From Candidatus Eiseniibacteriota bacterium (lineage in GTDB: Bacteria; Eisenbacteria; RBG-16-71-46; DASYSL01), in NCBI GenBank assembly GCA_031431875.1, contig JANPEF010000042.1, positions 1 through 10,928 of the forward strand: DNA of 10,928 bases, in the 5' to 3' direction. Numbering within the stretch: the first letter of the stretch is position 1; each line of letters begins with the position of its first letter. The translations under genes were made by a program, and so were the position numbers. The notes below the pieces were generated by a model. It was given only the letters and a program-made list of their open reading frames with translations. It was not told the DNA's origin and did not search any database. Positions 6,999 to 10,928 of this stretch are shown here, piece by piece.

Positions 6999-7734
6999 CG
7001 ACATCGCCGCCGCCGCCCGCCGCTGGGCCGGCGGCCTCCTCGCCGCCTGTGGCGACGACCTCGAAGCGCTCTACGTCTACGGCAGCGCGCTCGGGCCGGC
7101 GTTCGATCGCGCGTCGAGCGACGTCAACCTGCTGATCGTCATCCGCACGCTGCCGTTCGCGCGGCTCGAGGCGATTGCCGCTGCATGCGCGGCACTGCCG
7201 CCGGCGGCGGAGCGTACGGCCGGGACGTACCGGTTCGCGCCCCTGGTTCTCACCCGGCACAACCTCGACAGTTCGGCCGACGTCTTCCCGGTCGACTTCC
7301 TCGACCTCAAGGAGCGCCGTGGCCTGCTCCAGGGCACGGACGTCCTGGCGGGGCTCGACGTGCCGCTGGTCCACCTGCGCCACCAGTGCGAGTACGAGTT
7401 GCGCTCGCGCTTCATCGGCCTGCGTCAGGCGTTCCTGCGCGCGGGGGGTGCGCCCGGCACCGCGCACGCGCTCACGGCTCGCGCTGCCGGCGCGTCGGGC
7501 ACGCTGTTCCGCCACTTGCTGACGCTGCGCGGGCAGCCCCATCCGGACGATCCCGACGCGCTGGCCCGCACGGTCGCCGCCACGTGGGGCGTCGACGCCG
7601 ACGGGCTCGACGCGCCGTTCGTGGCTCGACGCGGGCCGGCACCCGACGAGGCGGCGGCACGCCGGCGCTTCGGCGCATACCTCGACGCGCTCGATCACCT
7701 GATCCGCGCGGTGGACGCCGATTCTCCGCGCTGA
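6958..7734 (+). CDS. Nucleotidyltransferase-fold (Pol-beta superfamily) domain protein with helical C-terminal domain, 258 aa
   Basis: GDDLEALYVYGSA...SSDVNLLIV is an hG[GS]...D-h-[DE]-type motif with Asn in place of the second acid. Further blocks are DVFPVDFLDL and LRHQCEYELR. Start trimmed from 6862 to the in-frame ATG at 6958. Confidence 0.8.
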   Translation: MNTPTTAPTRPVPDDIAAAARRWAGGLLAACGDDLEALYVYGSALGPAFDRASSDVNLLIVIRTLPFARLEAIAAACAALPPAAERTAGTYRFAPLVLTRHNLDSSADVFPVDFLDLKERRGLLQGTDVLAGLDVPLVHLRHQCEYELRSRFIGLRQAFLRAGGAPGTAHALTARAAGASGTLFRHLLTLRGQPHPDDPDALARTVAATWGVDADGLDAPFVARRGPAPDEAAARRRFGAYLDALDHLIRAVDADSPR

Positions 7735-7738
7735 AGTC

Positions 7739-8599
7739 GTGACCATCCAATCCCGGCTTCGGCGTCTCCTCGTTCTCGGCGTGCTCGGGCTGTGCACGAT
7801 CGTGGGGCTGTCGCACGCCGCTCCCGTCAGCCTCGTTCCCGCCGACACGACCGCGCCCGACCTGGGCCGCGCGCAGGCCTACGTCACCGACGACGCCGGC
7901 GTGCTCAAGGCACGCGAGCAGGGTCGCATCGAGCGCTACCTCGGGAAGGTCGAACGCGCGCTCGGCGTACAGTTCGCGCTCATCACCGTGTCGACGACGC
8001 AGCCGCAGTCGATCGAGGAGTACTCCGTCAAGCAGTTCGAGCAATGGGGCATCGGTGGTGCAAGACAGGACGAGGGGCTGCTGCTGCTCGTCGCGGTCGA
8101 GGACCGCAAGGTCCGCTTTGAGGTGGGCTACGGGCTCGAAGGCAGCTTGCCGGACGGCCGCGTCGGCGGCATCATCCGCGAGCAGATCCGGCCGGCCCTG
8201 CAGGATGGGCGCTTCGGCGACGGGCTCCTTGCCGGGCTCGTCGAGGCGGCGCGCTTCGTCGCCGTGGACAAGGGGCTCCCCCCGCCCCTGCCGGATGACA
8301 GCCCGGCTCCGCCGCCCGCGGAGTCCGGCCGCGTCACCGTCGTCACGGTCCTGTTCTTCGCCTTCATCGCCTTCATCGTGATGTCGCGCATCGTGGGCGG
8401 GGGCAAGCGCGGGGGCGGCCGACGGCGCGGCCCCGACATCTTCACCCTGGGCGGCTTGGGCGGAGGCGGGTTCGGCGGCGGCGGCTGGAGTGGCGGCAGC
8501 AGCGGCGGCGGCGGATTCGGCGGGGGTTCTTCGGGCGGTGGATTCGGCGGGTTCGGCGGCGGCGCCTCGGGCGGCGGCGGAGCGACGGGAAGCTGGTAG
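7739..8599 (+). CDS. TPM domain (TLP18.3/Psb32/MOLO-1; YgcG-like) membrane protein with Gly-rich tail, 286 aa
   Basis: Signal peptide; YVTDDAGVL, QFALITV and FEQWGIG...DEGLLLLVAVEDRKVRFEVGYGLEGSLPD motifs; one TM helix; tail ending GGGASGGGGATGSW. Confidence 0.93.
   Translation: MTIQSRLRRLLVLGVLGLCTIVGLSHAAPVSLVPADTTAPDLGRAQAYVTDDAGVLKAREQGRIERYLGKVERALGVQFALITVSTTQPQSIEEYSVKQFEQWGIGGARQDEGLLLLVAVEDRKVRFEVGYGLEGSLPDGRVGGIIREQIRPALQDGRFGDGLLAGLVEAARFVAVDKGLPPPLPDDSPAPPPAESGRVTVVTVLFFAFIAFIVMSRIVGGGKRGGGRRRGPDIFTLGGLGGGGFGGGGWSGGSSGGGGFGGGSSGGGFGGFGGGASGGGGATGSW
8449..8596 (+). repeat. Low-complexity GGC-rich coding tract (Gly/Ser/Phe tail of the TPM protein)
   Basis: Repeated GGCGGC units encode GGGGFGGGG and GGSSGGG motifs. 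Confidence 0.7.
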
Positions 8600-8627
8600 C
8601 AAGGAACGTCAACCAGGGGGTTTTCGA

Positions 8628-9236
8628 ATGAAGGGCGGACTCGTCGTTCTCGCAGTGATCGCGGTGCTGGTCCTGGCCGTCGGCGGCTGGGTGGTGTCGA
8701 ACTACAACAATCTCGTGACCAAGAAGACCGAGGTGCAGAAGAGCTTCGCCGAGGTCGACAACCAGCTGCTGCGCCGCAATGACATCATCCCCAACCTCGT
8801 CGAGACCGTGAAGGGCGTCGCCGCGCAGGAGCAGATCGTCTTCGGGCAGATTGCCGACGCGCGCGCGCAGATGGCCGGCGCCAGGAGCACCGAGCAGAAG
8901 CTCGCCGCCGGCGGCGCGATGGACTCGGCGATCGGGCGCCTGCTCGTCGTCATCGAGAACTACCCGCAGCTCCGCTCGCAGGAGAATTTCCTGCGCCTGC
9001 AGGACGAGCTGGCGGGCACCGAGAATCGCCTGTCGGTCGCGCGCACGCGCTACAACGATGTCGTCGGCGAGTACAACGTCATGGTCAAGCGCTTCCCGAC
9101 CAACCTGTTCGCCGGCATGTTCGGCTACAAGGAAGAGCCGTTCTACCAGGTCAGCGCCGAGCAGAAGCAGGTGCCCCGCGTCGAGTTCCCGAGCGCGCCG
9201 GGGGCGCAGCAGGCGCCGCCCACAGGCGGGAATTGA
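8628..9236 (+). CDS. lemA: LemA family protein, 202 aa
   Basis: N-terminal TM anchor, then YNNLV...[18 protein letters not shown]...[34 protein letters not shown]...FPTNLFA. Start trimmed from 8490 to the ATG at 8628, with AGGGGG SD at 8615-8620. Confidence 0.96.
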   Translation: MKGGLVVLAVIAVLVLAVGGWVVSNYNNLVTKKTEVQKSFAEVDNQLLRRNDIIPNLVETVKGVAAQEQIVFGQIADARAQMAGARSTEQKLAAGGAMDSAIGRLLVVIENYPQLRSQENFLRLQDELAGTENRLSVARTRYNDVVGEYNVMVKRFPTNLFAGMFGYKEEPFYQVSAEQKQVPRVEFPSAPGAQQAPPTGGN

Positions 9237-10027
9237 GCGTCGACACGACGTCGCGCGAGGCGCCCGCAGCCGCGGCGCCGCGCGTCATCGTCGTCCTGCC
9301 GGCGTACAACGCGGCACGGACCCTCCGGCAGACCTGGGCCGAGATTCCCCCCGACTGGGTGCACGAGTCGATCCTGGTCGACGACTCGAGCAAGGACGAC
9401 ACCATCGCGGTCGCCCGGTCGCTCGGGATCCGCGTGCTCGAACACGCCGTCAACAAGGGCTACGGGGGCAACCAGAAGACCTGCTACGACGAGGCGCTGG
9501 CCAGGGGCGCCGACATCGTGGTCATGCTCCATCCCGACTACCAGTACGACCCGCGGCTGATCCCCATGCTCGTGCTGCCGCTCAAGCTCGGCATGTACGA
9601 CGTGATGCTCGGCTCGCGGGTGCGCACGCGGCGCGAGTGCCTCGAGGCGGGGATGCCGCTGTACAAGTACCTGGGCAACCGCTTCCTCACGCTCTGCGAG
9701 AACGTGATGCTCGGGCAGAACCTGTCCGAGTTCCACACCGGCTTCCGCGCCTACCGCCGCGAGGTGCTCGAAACGCTGCCCTACCGCGCGTTCTCCGACG
9801 ACTTCGTGTTCGACTCGCAGTTCCTCGTCTCGGCGATCGAGCACGGCTACAAGCTGGGCGAGGTGCCCGTCCCCGTGCGCTACATGCCCGAGGCGTCGTC
9901 GATCAACTTCATGCGCAGCGTGCGCTACGGTCTCGAGACGCTGGCCACCGTGGCCACGTTCTTCCTGGCGCGCACCGGCCTGGCCCGCTCGCCGATCTTC
10001 GCGCCACCCCGTGCGCCGCGCGGCTGA
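9233..10027 (+). CDS. Family 2 glycosyltransferase, polyprenol-phosphate sugar synthase-like (DPM1/ArnC-like), 264 aa
   Basis: Motifs [47 protein letters not shown] and [10 protein letters not shown]. The TTG start overlaps the lemA stop (TTGA). Confidence 0.92.
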   Translation: MSVDTTSREAPAAAAPRVIVVLPAYNAARTLRQTWAEIPPDWVHESILVDDSSKDDTIAVARSLGIRVLEHAVNKGYGGNQKTCYDEALARGADIVVMLHPDYQYDPRLIPMLVLPLKLGMYDVMLGSRVRTRRECLEAGMPLYKYLGNRFLTLCENVMLGQNLSEFHTGFRAYRREVLETLPYRAFSDDFVFDSQFLVSAIEHGYKLGEVPVPVRYMPEASSINFMRSVRYGLETLATVATFFLARTGLARSPIFAPPRAPRG

Positions 10028-10928
10028 GGCGTTCCGCGCGCTCGCCGCGCGCCCCGCGTTGCACGGCGCGGCGTTCGTGCTGCTGTCCACCGCGATCCTG
10101 TTCGCCCACCTGGGCGAGAGCCACCTGGCGAACTTCGACGACTGTTATTACGCGCAGAAGGCGAAGGAGATGGTCCGCGGCGGCCACTGGCTGACTCCGC
10201 ACTTCAATGGCGTGCCGCGCTTCGACAACGCGCCGCTGTTCCTCTGGCTCATGGCGCTGTCGTTCTCGGTGTTCGGCGTGACCGACTGGGCGGCGATCCT
10301 CTTCTCGGCGCTTTCGGGCGTCGCGTGCGTCTGGTTCGTCCGCCGGGTTGCGCTCCGCCTGGGAGCCGATGCGTTCACCGCGTGGACCACGGCGTTCGTG
10401 CTGCTGACCACGCAGTACTTCCTCAAGTACGCGCGGCACGCGATGTTCGACGTGTTCCTCACACTGCTGTTCCTCGTCGCGATCGACCGCTACCTGGCGT
10501 GGCGCGCCAGGGGCCGGTTGCGCGACTGGGCATGGATCGGCCTCATGGCCGGCTGCGGGGTGCTGACCAAGAGCGTGCTGGGGCTGTTCCCGCTCGGGGT
10601 GATCGTGCTGCATCTTCTGCTCACGCGCGGCCCGCGCGCGCTGCGCGAGCCGGGGCCGTGGCTCGCGCTCGGCGTGTGCGTCCTCACGTTCCTCCCGTGG
10701 TACGTCACGCAGGCGATCTCCGCGCCCGATCGCTTCTTCGCCGAGCATGTACGCTGGCTCCTGTGGGAACGTGCGTTCGTGCTCGCGCCGGAGAAGAAGT
10801 CGCTCGTCTCGTACTTCGGCTACGTGGTGGAGCTGGCGCGGACGTACTGGCCGTGGCTGCCGGTCGCGCTGGCGGGAATGTGGCTGTCGGCGCGCGACGC
10901 GCTGCGCGGCCCGGGCCTGCGACGCGAC
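10011..10928 (+). CDS. ArnT/PMT-like (GT-C fold) membrane glycosyltransferase, 3'-truncated by the window end
   Basis: Not in the ORF track because there is no stop in the window. Manual translation from the GTG at 10011 gives MRRAAEAF...[52 protein letters not shown]...[13 protein letters not shown]...[11 protein letters not shown]...LPWY, open to the end (306 codons). The start codon is uncertain. Confidence 0.88.
   Translation, partial: MRRAAEAFRALAARPALHGAAFVLLSTAILFAHLGESHLANFDDCYYAQKAKEMVRGGHWLTPHFNGVPRFDNAPLFLWLMALSFSVFGVTDWAAILFSALSGVACVWFVRRVALRLGADAFTAWTTAFVLLTTQYFLKYARHAMFDVFLTLLFLVAIDRYLAWRARGRLRDWAWIGLMAGCGVLTKSVLGLFPLGVIVLHLLLTRGPRALREPGPWLALGVCVLTFLPWYVTQAISAPDRFFAEHVRWLLWERAFVLAPEKKSLVSYFGYVVELARTYWPWLPVALAGMWLSARDALRGPGLRRD

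Noticed and set aside
4698..7004. 768-aa antisense ORF and the 4208..6142 shifted-frame ORF
   Set aside because: These are shadow ORFs of the DUF2339 gene. High GC suppresses stops, and there are no recognisable motifs.
6958..7734. NTase gene as an MNT-HEPN toxin-antitoxin or CBASS/anti-phage cyclase
   Set aside because: There is no D-x-D, no adjacent HEPN or effector gene, and the context is envelope housekeeping with no compositional sign of an island.
7472..10748. ORFs 7472..8602 (-), 8851..10194 (+), 9143..10090 (-) and 9909..10748 (-)
   Set aside because: They overlap well-supported TPM, LemA, GT2 and GT-C genes and have no protein-like features.

Overview
High-GC bacterial chromosomal window (roughly 70% GC by eye) with nine supportable CDSs in two divergent blocks. 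No tRNA, rRNA, CRISPR array or mobile element was seen. Minus-strand block: two ATGA-coupled, signal-peptide-bearing DUF3857/transglutaminase-like proteins, one with an intact Cys-His-Asp triad and one with a degenerate triad. These are followed by a small AtpZ/AtpI-type gene that probably starts an F0F1 ATP synthase operon beyond the window edge; it has a clear sigma70-type promoter, a structured leader and a Rex/CRP-like palindrome over its ribosome-binding site. Plus-strand block: a DUF2339 membrane protein, then a tightly packed run of a Pol-beta-fold nucleotidyltransferase-like protein with a degenerate D-x-N motif, a TPM-domain protein, LemA, a DPM-synthase-like GT2 and an ArnT-like GT-C glycosyltransferase (truncated by the window end and missing from the supplied ORF track). 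The best candidates for poorly described systems are the NTase-like/TPM/LemA(+GT2/GT-C) unit, apparently driven by a leaderless promoter inside the DUF2339 gene, and the active/inactive transglutaminase-like pair. All family calls come from motif recognition by eye, not from database searches.
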